From assembly GCA_046297695.1 (NCBI GenBank), contig JBKBHF010000013.1, forward strand, positions 12,498-76,497: DNA of 64,000 bases, given 5' to 3'. The translations under genes and the position numbers were made by a program. How positions within the stretch are numbered: position 1 is the stretch's first letter; each line of letters begins with the position of its first letter. The DNA is from Permianibacter sp. Its GTDB lineage: Bacteria; Pseudomonadota; Gammaproteobacteria; Enterobacterales; Permianibacteraceae. Of this stretch, positions 19,234 to 27,845 are shown piece by piece. The notes beneath the pieces are model-generated. The model searched no databases. It saw nothing but the letters and a program-made list of their open reading frames with translations, and had not been told where the DNA came from.

Positions 19234-20349
19234 TCAATCACATGCCAGATTCCGGCGTGCCTGCTCACCGAACTGCGTAATCAAGTTGCCCGCCAACTGC
19301 TGTGCTTCTGCTTGTGCCGTGGTCGACAGCTGCTGTCCCAGCTGCTCCAGTTCGCCGAAATTGTAGGCCGCTTCGGCAACAAACCAAATCGGGTAACAGC
19401 CAGCGCGCAACAGGTCGCGACTGAACAGATTCCATGCATACGCCTCTTCCGCGCGAGCAGGTTCTTGGGCCAGCTGGCCGCGCCAATAGGTCAGGGCCTC
19501 CCAGTCACCGTGCTCCACGGCATTGAGCAGCCATTGTTTCGCCTCGTCATCAGCTATTGGTAATGCGCACTGGCCAAGTTTGCAGCGGATGACGCTCATC
19601 GCAAGTGCATGACGTTGGTGGTCCGGCAGCTGTGCACGTAGTTTTGCAAACTCTTCGGCCGACAAACTGCTCTTGCCGCTTGCGGCTTCATTCAACTTCA
19701 AAAACGTGTCGTGGGGGGAAGGTATTGCTTCCATTGATTGGAGCTCTTGCTCACGTGCATCGGCGAGGGCAAGCAGATATGCACTATGTTGCTCAATACT
19801 GGAACATGCCTCCCGCGTTGATTCACCGTTAACGAGCGCAATCTGGGTAGACAAGGCATCAGCGATGTCGTCGGGCACTACCCCGGCCTTCTTCTGAATA
19901 ATCTGATGCAGTCGCGCAACCTCTTGGTTGAGGTCTCGCTTGGGTATTGATTGGCGTATCTGGCAGCCGACTGCTATGGCTAGTAGTTGTCCGAGAGAAT
20001 TCAGATCGCCGGCCTCAACCATGGGCAGCAACTCGTCGAAAAGCGCCGAGTAATTCTGCTTGCAGAGCAATTGATACTGAGCATCAGTAAGTCGGTTGCG
20101 GGGGAGGTCGCGACATTGCTGGCGCAGATAGGTCGCATGCAGCCGGTTGGTGAGTTCGGGCTGAGGCGATATCGAAACCGGCGAGGCGGTGGCAGGAGTT
20201 TGCGCAGAGGGCTGTTCGCCAGCTATCCGTTGCTTCGTTGGTGCTTCCGAAGCTTCAGCTAGCCGTTCGGGGGCCGTTGCCGGCCACGCGAAATAGACCA
20301 ATCCTGCTATCAAGACAATGGCCAGTCCGACCGGTCCTGCACGCATCAT
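19234..20349 (-). CDS. Hypothetical membrane-anchored protein (paralog B)
   Basis: Start ATG 20349 (MMRAGPVGLAIVLIAGLVYFAW) with GGAGAGG upstream. The ORF-track start at 20445 would run through the putA terminator hairpin. C-terminus LFSRDLLRAGCYPIWFVAEA...NLACD resembles paralog A. Confidence 0.6.
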   Translation of the reverse strand: MMRAGPVGLAIVLIAGLVYFAWPATAPERLAEASEAPTKQRIAGEQPSAQTPATASPVSISPQPELTNRLHATYLRQQCRDLPRNRLTDAQYQLLCKQNYSALFDELLPMVEAGDLNSLGQLLAIAVGCQIRQSIPKRDLNQEVARLHQIIQKKAGVVPDDIADALSTQIALVNGESTREACSSIEQHSAYLLALADAREQELQSMEAIPSPHDTFLKLNEAASGKSSLSAEEFAKLRAQLPDHQRHALAMSVIRCKLGQCALPIADDEAKQWLLNAVEHGDWEALTYWRGQLAQEPARAEEAYAWNLFSRDLLRAGCYPIWFVAEAAYNFGELEQLGQQLSTTAQAEAQQLAGNLITQFGEQARRNLACD

Positions 20350-20431
20350 CCAATCCTCTCCGACGTGGCGGGCAATTCTGTGGACACTGTTAGGTTCAGG
20401 CAAGTGATGACGTATTTTGCTCGCGCCACAA

Positions 20432-20465
20432 ACGCAAAACGCCACGGAGTCCGTGGCGTTTTGCT
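20432..20465 (-). terminator. Rho-independent terminator of putA
   Basis: On the minus strand: AAAACGCCACGG-ACT-CCGTGGCGTTTT followed by GCGTTTG, 23 nt after the putA stop. Confidence 0.8.
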
Positions 20466-20487
20466 TGCAGGCTTGGCGCTATATCGC

Positions 20488-23400
20488 TCAAGCGTCGCCA
20501 AGACTCAGTAGCGTCGCATTGCCGCCGACTGCGGCGATGTTGTTCGACACGGTGCGTTCAGTGGCAAAGCGGTGCAGGTAGTGCGGGCCGCCGGCTTTCG
20601 GGCCGGTGCCGGACATGCCTTGACCGCCGAACGGTTGCACGCCGACGACCGCGCCGATCATGTTGCGGTTGATGTAAACGTTGCCGACCCGGGCGCGTTT
20701 GGCGATGTGCGCGGCGGTGGCTTCGTTGCGGGTGTGGATGCCGAGGGTCAGGCCGTAGCCGTAGCGGTTGATGTCATCGATGACCTTGTCCAGATCGTCG
20801 CTGCTGTAGCGGACGATGTGGACGATCGGACCAAAGTTTTCCTGTTTCAGATCATGGATGCTGCCGATCTCGAAGGCGATCGGGGCGAGGAAATGGCCTT
20901 CGCTGGCGTTGGCCGGCAGTTTGCCTTCGGCAAGGAATTTCTTGCTGGCGCGCATCTGCGAAATATGGTTTTCCAGCTCGCGTTTGGAGCCGGCGTCGAT
21001 CACCGGGCCGATGTCGGTGCTCGGGTCCATCGGATCGCCGAGTTTCAGTTCGGCCATGGCACCGTGCAGCACTTCGATGATGCGATCAGCCACTTCGTTC
21101 TGTACATAGAGCACGCGCAGCGCCGAGCAACGCTGACCGGCCGAGGTGAACGCTGAACGGATGACGTCGGCGACGACTTGCTCCGGCAGCGCCGACGAAT
21201 CGACGATCATCGCGTTCTGGCCGCCGGTTTCGGCGATGAGCGATGCGATCGGCGCATGACGGGCAGCGAGCGCACGGTTGATCTGGAACGCGGTGTCGGT
21301 CGAGCCGGTAAAGGCCACACCGGCAATACGTGGGTCTTCGGTCAACACCGGCGCGAGTTCAGCGCCCGAGCCCGGCAGGAAGTGCAGGACATCGGCCGGT
21401 ACCCCCGCTTGCAGCAACAGTTGCACGGCGCGGAAGGCGACCAGCGGCGTTTGGCCGGCCGGTTTGGCCAGCACGCTGTTGCCGGCGGCGAGCGCAGCGG
21501 CCACTTGGCCGGTGAAGATCGCCAAGGGGAAATTCCACGGGGCAATACAGGCGAACACGCCGCGGCCGTCGAGGTGCAATTCGTTGCGCTCGCCAGTCGG
21601 GCCGGGCAGCGCCACCGGCTTGCCGAAATCGATGCGGCAGCGTTCGGCGTAGTAACGCAGGAAGTCGACCGCTTCGCGCACTTCGTCGATGCCGTCCTGC
21701 AGCGTCTTGCCGCCTTCGCGGCTGCAGATGGCGATCAGCTCATGTTTGTGTGACTCGAACAGATCGGCCGCTTTTTCCAAAACGGTAGCGCGGCGATCAG
21801 CCGGCGTGGCGTTCCAGCCCGGTTGGGCGTTGTAGGCGATCTCGAGTGCACGCGCTGCCTGATCGCGGGTGACGCGGGTGACGCTGCCGATGACCTCGGT
21901 GATGCGGGCCGGGTTGTAGCACTCTTTCTTGGCGCCGACGATCAGTTCACCGTTGATGATCGGCGTGGCGTGCCACTGGCTGCCTTTGTAGGCGTGCACG
22001 CCGGCGACGAATGGTTCCAGTTCAGCGCGGATGTTCAGGTTGGTACCGGCGGAATTCATGCGAGTGGCTCCGAAAAGTTGCGGCGGCAGCGGAATGCGGG
22101 CGTTGTGCAGCGTCGGGAAGGATTTCAGTTTGCGAACCGGGTGCGTGACCAGTGCCGCGGCCGGCGTGTCTTCGTCGACCAGTTGGTGTACGAACGAGGT
22201 ATTGGCGCCGTTTTCGAGCAGGCGACGAACGAGGTACGGCAGCAGATCCTTGTGGGCACCGACCGGTGCGTAGACGCGGCAGTACAGATCCGGGTGTTCG
22301 GCAATCAAGGCGTCATACAGCGCTTCGCCCATGCCATGCAGGCGCTGGAATTCGAAATCGCGCCGGGTGCCGGCCATGTTCAGGATGCTCTTCACGGTTT
22401 GCGCGTTGTGGGTCGCGAACTGCGCGAAGAAGGTGCCTTGCTGGTTCAGCAGATACTTGGCGCAGGCAAGATAGGACACATCGGTGGCCGACTTGCGGGT
22501 GTAGACCGGGTAGCTCTTCAGGCCGGCGATTTGCGACCACTTGATTTCGCTGTCCCAGTACGCGCCTTTGACCAGGCGCAGCGGAATGACGCGTTTGAGC
22601 TCTTTCGCCAGCTGGTTCAGGTAACCGAGCACCGGCAGTGCGCGCTTGGAATAGGCTTGCACGACCAGACCGAAACCGTTCCAGCCCTGGCAGACGTCCG
22701 AGCGCAGCACACGCTCAATCAATTCCAGCGACAGCTCCAGCCGATCGGCTTCTTCGGCGTCGATGGTGATGAAGACGTTGCGCTCGCGTGCTTCGCGGGC
22801 CAGATCGATCAATGTGGCGGTCAGCTCGTTCAGTACGCGCTCACGTTTGCCGACTTCGTAGCGCGGATGCAGCGCGGAGAGTTTGATCGAGATGCTGGCC
22901 GGTGGCACCCGCTCCGGTTTCGGCGCGCCGCCGATGGCGCGAATCGCGGCGGCATATGCGGCTTTGTAGCGCACGGCATCGTCGGCGGTGAAAGCGGCTT
23001 CACCGAGCATGTCGAACGAATGGGTGTAGCCGCGCGATTGATCTTTCGCCGCCCGTTCGAGTGCTTCGTCAATCGTGCGGCCGAGCACGAATTGCGAACC
23101 CATCTGCTTCATCGCCTGATTCAATGCCTGGCGGACAATCGGTTCGCCGCAGCGTTGGATCAAACGGTTCAACAGGTGCGAGGGCCGGCCGTCTTCCTCG
23201 GTGCCGAGCGTCATGACCTTGCCGGTCAACATCAGGCCCCAGGTCGACATATTGACCAGCAGCGATTCGCTCTGACCGAGGTGTTTGTCCCAATCGGCGG
23301 TGCGCAGTTTGTCGGCAATCAGTTTGTTGGCGACCTCAGCATCCGGAATGCGCAGCAGTGCTTCGGCGAGGCACATCAGGATCACACCTTCCTGGGTGCT

Positions 23401-23649
23401 CAGCGAATACTGCTGCAGGAAGGCTTCGACGCCCTGCTTGTCGCGGTTGCGTTCACGAACGTTTTCGACGAAGCGGGTGGCGTCGCCGGTGACTTTCTCG
23501 ATCTCGGCATCGCTGAGACTGAGCAGGCCGAGCAACTCTTCGAGGTAGCTCGATTCGTCGACGTTGTAGTTGCGCGTGATGAGCTCACGCCACTGAGCCA
23601 GCGACAGGTCCCGGAATTCCGGGTCGAGTGCGCGACGGGCGGGGAACAT
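20488..23649 (-). CDS. putA: Bifunctional proline dehydrogenase / L-glutamate-gamma-semialdehyde dehydrogenase PutA (no obvious N-terminal DNA-binding extension)
   Basis: About 1053 aa from ATG 23649 (GGAGG upstream). The PRODH barrel region is followed by an aldehyde dehydrogenase domain (ETGGQNAMIVDSSA..., FTSAGQRCSALRVL). Length fits the short PutA class. Confidence 0.93.
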   Translation of the reverse strand: MFPARRALDPEFRDLSLAQWRELITRNYNVDESSYLEELLGLLSLSDAEIEKVTGDATRFVENVRERNRDKQGVEAFLQQYSLSTQEGVILMCLAEALLRIPDAEVANKLIADKLRTADWDKHLGQSESLLVNMSTWGLMLTGKVMTLGTEEDGRPSHLLNRLIQRCGEPIVRQALNQAMKQMGSQFVLGRTIDEALERAAKDQSRGYTHSFDMLGEAAFTADDAVRYKAAYAAAIRAIGGAPKPERVPPASISIKLSALHPRYEVGKRERVLNELTATLIDLAREARERNVFITIDAEEADRLELSLELIERVLRSDVCQGWNGFGLVVQAYSKRALPVLGYLNQLAKELKRVIPLRLVKGAYWDSEIKWSQIAGLKSYPVYTRKSATDVSYLACAKYLLNQQGTFFAQFATHNAQTVKSILNMAGTRRDFEFQRLHGMGEALYDALIAEHPDLYCRVYAPVGAHKDLLPYLVRRLLENGANTSFVHQLVDEDTPAAALVTHPVRKLKSFPTLHNARIPLPPQLFGATRMNSAGTNLNIRAELEPFVAGVHAYKGSQWHATPIINGELIVGAKKECYNPARITEVIGSVTRVTRDQAARALEIAYNAQPGWNATPADRRATVLEKAADLFESHKHELIAICSREGGKTLQDGIDEVREAVDFLRYYAERCRIDFGKPVALPGPTGERNELHLDGRGVFACIAPWNFPLAIFTGQVAAALAAGNSVLAKPAGQTPLVAFRAVQLLLQAGVPADVLHFLPGSGAELAPVLTEDPRIAGVAFTGSTDTAFQINRALAARHAPIASLIAETGGQNAMIVDSSALPEQVVADVIRSAFTSAGQRCSALRVLYVQNEVADRIIEVLHGAMAELKLGDPMDPSTDIGPVIDAGSKRELENHISQMRASKKFLAEGKLPANASEGHFLAPIAFEIGSIHDLKQENFGPIVHIVRYSSDDLDKVIDDINRYGYGLTLGIHTRNEATAAHIAKRARVGNVYINRNMIGAVVGVQPFGGQGMSGTGPKAGGPHYLHRFATERTVSNNIAAVGGNATLLSLGDA

Positions 23650-23928
23650 GCAGACCTCCGGTAACGGCAGGCGGGTGGGGCATACCTTTCTGGGGAAAGG
23701 AAACCCGCCAAGTATGGTCGGTGCCAGCCGAATCGCAGGGCAAACCGGGCCGGACCAACCGTTATTCAATCGGGCGCTATTGTCCCGGTTGCGGCAAGGG
23801 CTGACTTGTATGCCGGCGATGGCCGGGGCGAGGGTGGGCTACAAAGGCGGGCCGAATCAGGATCTCCCGCGGACTCTATGGGGGCTGGGGCGGGATATCC
23901 CGTTCGGGCAGTTTGGCGGGCTGAGCTT

Positions 23929-24043
23929 GACCACCCGCCAACCCCGCCCGGCCACACCATGGAAGGTGTGGCGCTTGCCGGCGAAGAAGTTCATTTGGAC
24001 TTCTTCGCATTCCCGGTTCGCCCTTGACAAGGAGGGGAGAAAA
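23929..24043 (+). repeat. ~113-nt structured intergenic repeat, copy B
   Basis: Same element and orientation as 15504-15616. Located in the divergent putA / PAS-AraC intergenic region. One difference turns a C-G pair of the long hairpin into a U-G wobble only if read on the + strand. Confidence 0.85.
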
Positions 24044-24125
24044 CAACGCAACTGGCACTCTTGCCTGCCAGCAGCGACAATTACCGCCCTGCACGCCCAT
24101 CCCAACCAATGGTCGCCACGCCACC

Positions 24126-24869
24126 ATGGCTCATGCTGACGAAATCGCCGCCTTTTTTTCCCAGCTCGCCAATCCGGGCTATGTCGAGGCGCTGTTCGAC
24201 CCGATCCCGGATCTGGTGTTCGCGCTGAAGACCCGCGACGGCAAATACCTGTCGGTCAACGAAGCCTGGGTCAAGCGCTGCGGCCTCAAGCACAAGACCG
24301 AAGCGCTTGGCCGCACCGCTCGCGATCTGTTCCCGTCGCACATGGCGGCGCGTTACGAAGCGCAGGACCAGAAGCTGCTGCGTACCGGCATGCCGATCGT
24401 CGACAGCCTCGATCTGATTCTGTACGCCAACGGCAGCGCCGGCTGGTGTCTGTCGAACAAGGTCGCGCTGAAAGACGGCAAAGGCAAAATCATCGGCATT
24501 GCGACGCTGTCGAAGGATCTGGTTGACCCGAGCCGGGCTGGTTTGATCGATGAAGCATTTGCCGCCGCTGTCGATTTCATCCAGGCCCACTACGACGAAG
24601 GTCTGCGCGTCGAGGCGCTGGCGAAAATGGCCAAGCTGTCGGTGCCGCAGTTCGAACGGCGGATGAAGCGCGTCTTTCATATTTCCAGCGCCCAGTTCAT
24701 CACCAAAACCCGCATCGATGCCGCGCTGCAGGCGCTCATTGAAACCGATACGCCACTTGGCCAGATTGCCGTCGATTGCGGTTGGTACGATCACGCGGCG
24801 TTTTCGCGTCAGTTCAAACAGGTGACCGGGCTGACCCCGAGCGAATTCCGCTCGCTGTCGGTGCGCTGA
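24126..24869 (+). CDS. AraC-family transcriptional regulator with N-terminal PAS-like sensor domain
   Basis: MAHADEIAAFF...PDLVFALKTRDGKYLSVNEAWVKRCG (PAS-like) followed by a C-terminal AraC HTH (...IAVDCGWYDHAAFSRQFKQVTGLTPSEFR). Divergent from putA and only 14 nt upstream of the next gene. Confidence 0.85.
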   Translation: MAHADEIAAFFSQLANPGYVEALFDPIPDLVFALKTRDGKYLSVNEAWVKRCGLKHKTEALGRTARDLFPSHMAARYEAQDQKLLRTGMPIVDSLDLILYANGSAGWCLSNKVALKDGKGKIIGIATLSKDLVDPSRAGLIDEAFAAAVDFIQAHYDEGLRVEALAKMAKLSVPQFERRMKRVFHISSAQFITKTRIDAALQALIETDTPLGQIAVDCGWYDHAAFSRQFKQVTGLTPSEFRSLSVR

Positions 24870-24883
24870 GCTGCGAGTCGGTA

Positions 24884-25849
24884 ATGCAAGCGTCGCCGCG
24901 CATTCTGATCATCACGCCGCCCGGTGCCGCGGCGCGCACCGGCAACCGCGCGACCGCAGTGCGCTGGCGCGCGCAGCTGCTTGCGCTCGGTTGCCGCGTG
25001 CGCATTGCCGATCAGTTCATCGGCCGCTGTCCGGATCTGACCATTGCCCTGCATGCCCGGCGCAGTGCTGCCGCGGTGCAGGACGTCAAGGCCAAATGTC
25101 CGACGCCAGTGGTCGTGATGCTGACCGGTACCGACGTCTACAAGGATCTGCCGCATGATGCCGATGCCAAGACTGCGCTGCAGCTCGCGGACCGCGTGAT
25201 CGCACTGCAGCCCGATATGGCGCAGCGGGTACCGGACAATGTCCGGGAAAAGGTCCGGGTTATCGTGCAGGCGGCCACCGTTGCACCGATTGTCCGGCCG
25301 CGTCGTAACAAGCTCGATGTCCTGGTGTCCGGTCATCTGCGCGAGGAAAAAGATCCGTTCCGCGCGGTGCAGGCGCTGATGCAGTTGCCGTCGCTGCCGA
25401 TCCGGCTCAGCCATATCGGCGACGAACTCGGCGCCGGCTTTCGGCAACAGGCGCTAGACTGGATGCAGCGCGAACCGCGTTATCGCTACTACGGTGGCTG
25501 GTCGCCGGCCCGGGCCCGGCGTCGGCTCGCCAGTGCCGATGTGCTGATCAATGCCTCACGCATCGAAGGTTGTCCGGCGGTGGTGTGCGAAGCCTTGTCG
25601 GCCGGCACGCCGGTGCTGGCGTCGCGCATACCGGCACACGAAGGTTTGCTCGGTGTGGATTACCCGGGGCTGTTTCCGGTCGGCGATAGCGCTGCCCTGG
25701 CGATGCTCTTGCGCCGTATAAGCGAAGATGCCGAATTTCTGCCTCAGCTGCGCGCTGCCATGCAGCCGCGCCGCGCGCTGGTTTCACCGTTAACCGAGCA
25801 GGCGGCGATCAAACGCCTGCTGCAAGAATTGGAGTCATTGCCACGATGA
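24884..25849 (+). CDS. senB: GT-B glycosyltransferase, probable selenosugar synthase SenB-like
   Basis: 321 aa. N-terminal ILIITPPGAAARTGNRATAVRW; C-terminal GT1/GT4 motif SRIEGCPAVVCEALSAGTPVLAS. The stop overlaps the selD start (ATGA 25846). The SenB assignment comes from context plus memory of the family, not from a search. Confidence 0.6.
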   Translation: MQASPRILIITPPGAAARTGNRATAVRWRAQLLALGCRVRIADQFIGRCPDLTIALHARRSAAAVQDVKAKCPTPVVVMLTGTDVYKDLPHDADAKTALQLADRVIALQPDMAQRVPDNVREKVRVIVQAATVAPIVRPRRNKLDVLVSGHLREEKDPFRAVQALMQLPSLPIRLSHIGDELGAGFRQQALDWMQREPRYRYYGGWSPARARRRLASADVLINASRIEGCPAVVCEALSAGTPVLASRIPAHEGLLGVDYPGLFPVGDSAALAMLLRRISEDAEFLPQLRAAMQPRRALVSPLTEQAAIKRLLQELESLPR

Positions 25850-26934
25850 ACACGTCCGTGACCAACCCTCCGACCACAACCGACGATGAGCCGATCCGCT
25901 TGACCCAATACGCCCACGGTGGCGGCTGCGGCTGCAAGATTGCGCCGTCGCTACTGCAGGAAATTCTCGGCGATTCGATCGTCAAGCAGGTGGTGCCGCA
26001 ATTGCTGGTCGGGGTCGAGAACAGCGACGATGCCGCGGTCTATCAGCTGAATGACACGCAGGCGATTGTCGCCACCACCGATTTCTTCACGCCGATCGTC
26101 GATGACCCGTACGACTTTGGCCGCATCGCCGCGACCAATGCGTTGTCCGATATTTACGCGATGGGTGGCAAGCCGCTGTTTGCGCTCGCCATCGTCGGTA
26201 TGCCGATCAACAAATTAAAACCGGCGACCATTCGCGAGATCCTGCGCGGTGGCGAAGATGTCTGCAAAGCGGCCGGCATACCGATCGCCGGTGGCCATTC
26301 GATTGATACGCCGGAGCCGATTTATGGTCTGGTCGGCATTGGTGTCGTGCATCCGAAACAGCTGAAGCGCAATGACAGTGCCGAAGTGGGCGATGTACTG
26401 ATCCTCGGCAAACCGCTCGGGGTTGGTGTGCTGTCGGCGGCGATCAAGCAGGACAAGCTTGGCGCCGATGGCTATGCCGCGATGGTGGCCAACACCACCA
26501 AGCTGAATACGCCGGGCGTCGAGCTGGCACAAATCGACGGCGTCCATGCGCTGACCGACGTCACCGGGTTTGGTCTGGCCGGTCATGCTTGGGAAATGGC
26601 GCGCGGCAGCAAGGCCGAGATCGTCTTGCGGTTCGATGCGCTGCCGATTCTGCCGGGCGTGCCGGCACTCGCCGAACAAGGTTTTGTCACCGGCGCCTCG
26701 ACCCGCAACTGGGCCGGCTATGGCGAGCACATTCAACTGTTCGCGGGCTGTGCGCCGTGGCAGCAAGCGCTGCTGACCGATCCACAAACCAGCGGCGGTC
26801 TGTTGGTCGCCTGCACGCCGGCCAGCGTAGAAGCGGTGCTGGCCAAGTTCCGTCAGCACGGTTTCGCCGAGGCCGCGGTGATCGGCAAGGTGGTCGCGGG
26901 CGCGCCGTGTGTGCGGGTGCTGGCCAACGGCTGA
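25846..26934 (+). CDS. selD: Selenide, water dikinase (selenophosphate synthetase), Cys-type
   Basis: LTQYAHGGGCGCKIAPSLLQEIL matches the SelD active-site loop (Cys rather than Sec), followed by AIR-synthase-like PurM folds (DDAAV...TTDFFTPIVDDPY). Confidence 0.93.
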   Translation: MNTSVTNPPTTTDDEPIRLTQYAHGGGCGCKIAPSLLQEILGDSIVKQVVPQLLVGVENSDDAAVYQLNDTQAIVATTDFFTPIVDDPYDFGRIAATNALSDIYAMGGKPLFALAIVGMPINKLKPATIREILRGGEDVCKAAGIPIAGGHSIDTPEPIYGLVGIGVVHPKQLKRNDSAEVGDVLILGKPLGVGVLSAAIKQDKLGADGYAAMVANTTKLNTPGVELAQIDGVHALTDVTGFGLAGHAWEMARGSKAEIVLRFDALPILPGVPALAEQGFVTGASTRNWAGYGEHIQLFAGCAPWQQALLTDPQTSGGLLVACTPASVEAVLAKFRQHGFAEAAVIGKVVAGAPCVRVLANG

Positions 26935-26987
26935 AGGCGGTCGTGATACAGCCCGGGAAATGTTTCGGAGCAAAGGAGTTGGGGAAA

Positions 26988-27830
26988 ATGAAAAGTGTCG
27001 TGATGGGCCTGATGCTGGTGTTGGCGTCGCTGACTGCTGTCGCGGTCGAACCGTTGAAAGTCAGCGCCATTCCGGATGAAGCACCGACTGAATTGATTCG
27101 CAAATTCCAGCCGCTCGGCGCGTACCTTGAAAAAGAAATCGGCCGGCCGGTGGTGTTCACGCCGGTCAATGATTATGCCGCTGTGGTCGAGGCACTCGCT
27201 GCCGGCAAAATCGATCTGGCCTGGTTCGGTGGTTTCACGTTTGTCCAGGCCCGTCTGCGCACCGGCAATGCCATACCGATTGTGCAACGCGCGGAAGACG
27301 AGCAGTTCACCAGCAAATTCATTGCCAGCACCAGCAGCGGCATCAACAAGATGGCCGACATGCGCGGCAAGACGTTTGCGTTCGGCAGCCCGAGCTCGAC
27401 CTCCGGTCACCTGATGCCGCGTCATTTCCTGAACCAGAACGGCATCGATCCGGATATCGATTTCAAGAATCTCGCATTCTCCGGCGCCCATGATGCCACC
27501 GTCGCCTGGGTCGCCAGCGGCAAGGTCGACGCCGGCGCGCTCAATGCTTCGGTCTGGGACAAGCTGGTCGAGCAGGGCAAGGTCGATCAAAGCAAGGTGA
27601 AAGTGATCTGGACCACGCCACCGTACTACGACTACAACTGGACCGTGCGTGGTGATCTCGACAAGGATCTGGTGCGCAAGTTGACCGCGGCATTCCTGAA
27701 ACTCGACGCCAACAATCCCGAGCATGCCGAACTCATGAAGCTGCAGCGGGCCAGCAAGTACGTCGCGACCAAGCCGGAAAATTATGCCGGCATTGAAGCG
27801 GCGGCGCGCAAAGCCGGCCTGCTGAAATAA
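26988..27830 (+). CDS. PhnD-like periplasmic substrate-binding protein of an ABC importer (putative selenate/selenium-oxyanion binding protein)
   Basis: Signal peptide MKSVVMGLMLVLASLTAVA. ...VSAIPDEAPTELIRKFQPL..FTPVNDYAAVVEALAAGKIDLAWFGG..SSTSGHLMPR is the PhnD-family pattern. Located next to selD. Confidence 0.8.
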   Translation: MKSVVMGLMLVLASLTAVAVEPLKVSAIPDEAPTELIRKFQPLGAYLEKEIGRPVVFTPVNDYAAVVEALAAGKIDLAWFGGFTFVQARLRTGNAIPIVQRAEDEQFTSKFIASTSSGINKMADMRGKTFAFGSPSSTSGHLMPRHFLNQNGIDPDIDFKNLAFSGAHDATVAWVASGKVDAGALNASVWDKLVEQGKVDQSKVKVIWTTPPYYDYNWTVRGDLDKDLVRKLTAAFLKLDANNPEHAELMKLQRASKYVATKPENYAGIEAAARKAGLLK

Positions 27831-27845
27831 GCGGAGTAGCTGAAG

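Noticed and set aside
20350-20445. N-terminal extension of hypothetical paralog B (track start 20445)
   Set aside because: The extension begins inside the putA rho-independent terminator hairpin (20436-20462). An ATG with an SD-like GGAGAGG lies at 20349, directly before the TM helix.
21823-23664. 613-aa plus-strand ORF
   Set aside because: It is entirely antisense to putA, which has clear PRODH/ALDH motifs. It is rich in Arg/Gly/Ala/Val as expected for a reverse-frame reading of GC-rich coding DNA. High-GC artefact.
24052-24063. Sigma-54-like TGGCAC...TTGC motif upstream of the PAS-AraC gene
   Set aside because: The GG and GC dinucleotides are 9 nt apart (TGGCACTCTTGC) instead of the ~12-nt register of the -24/-12 consensus. 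The spacing is incompatible.
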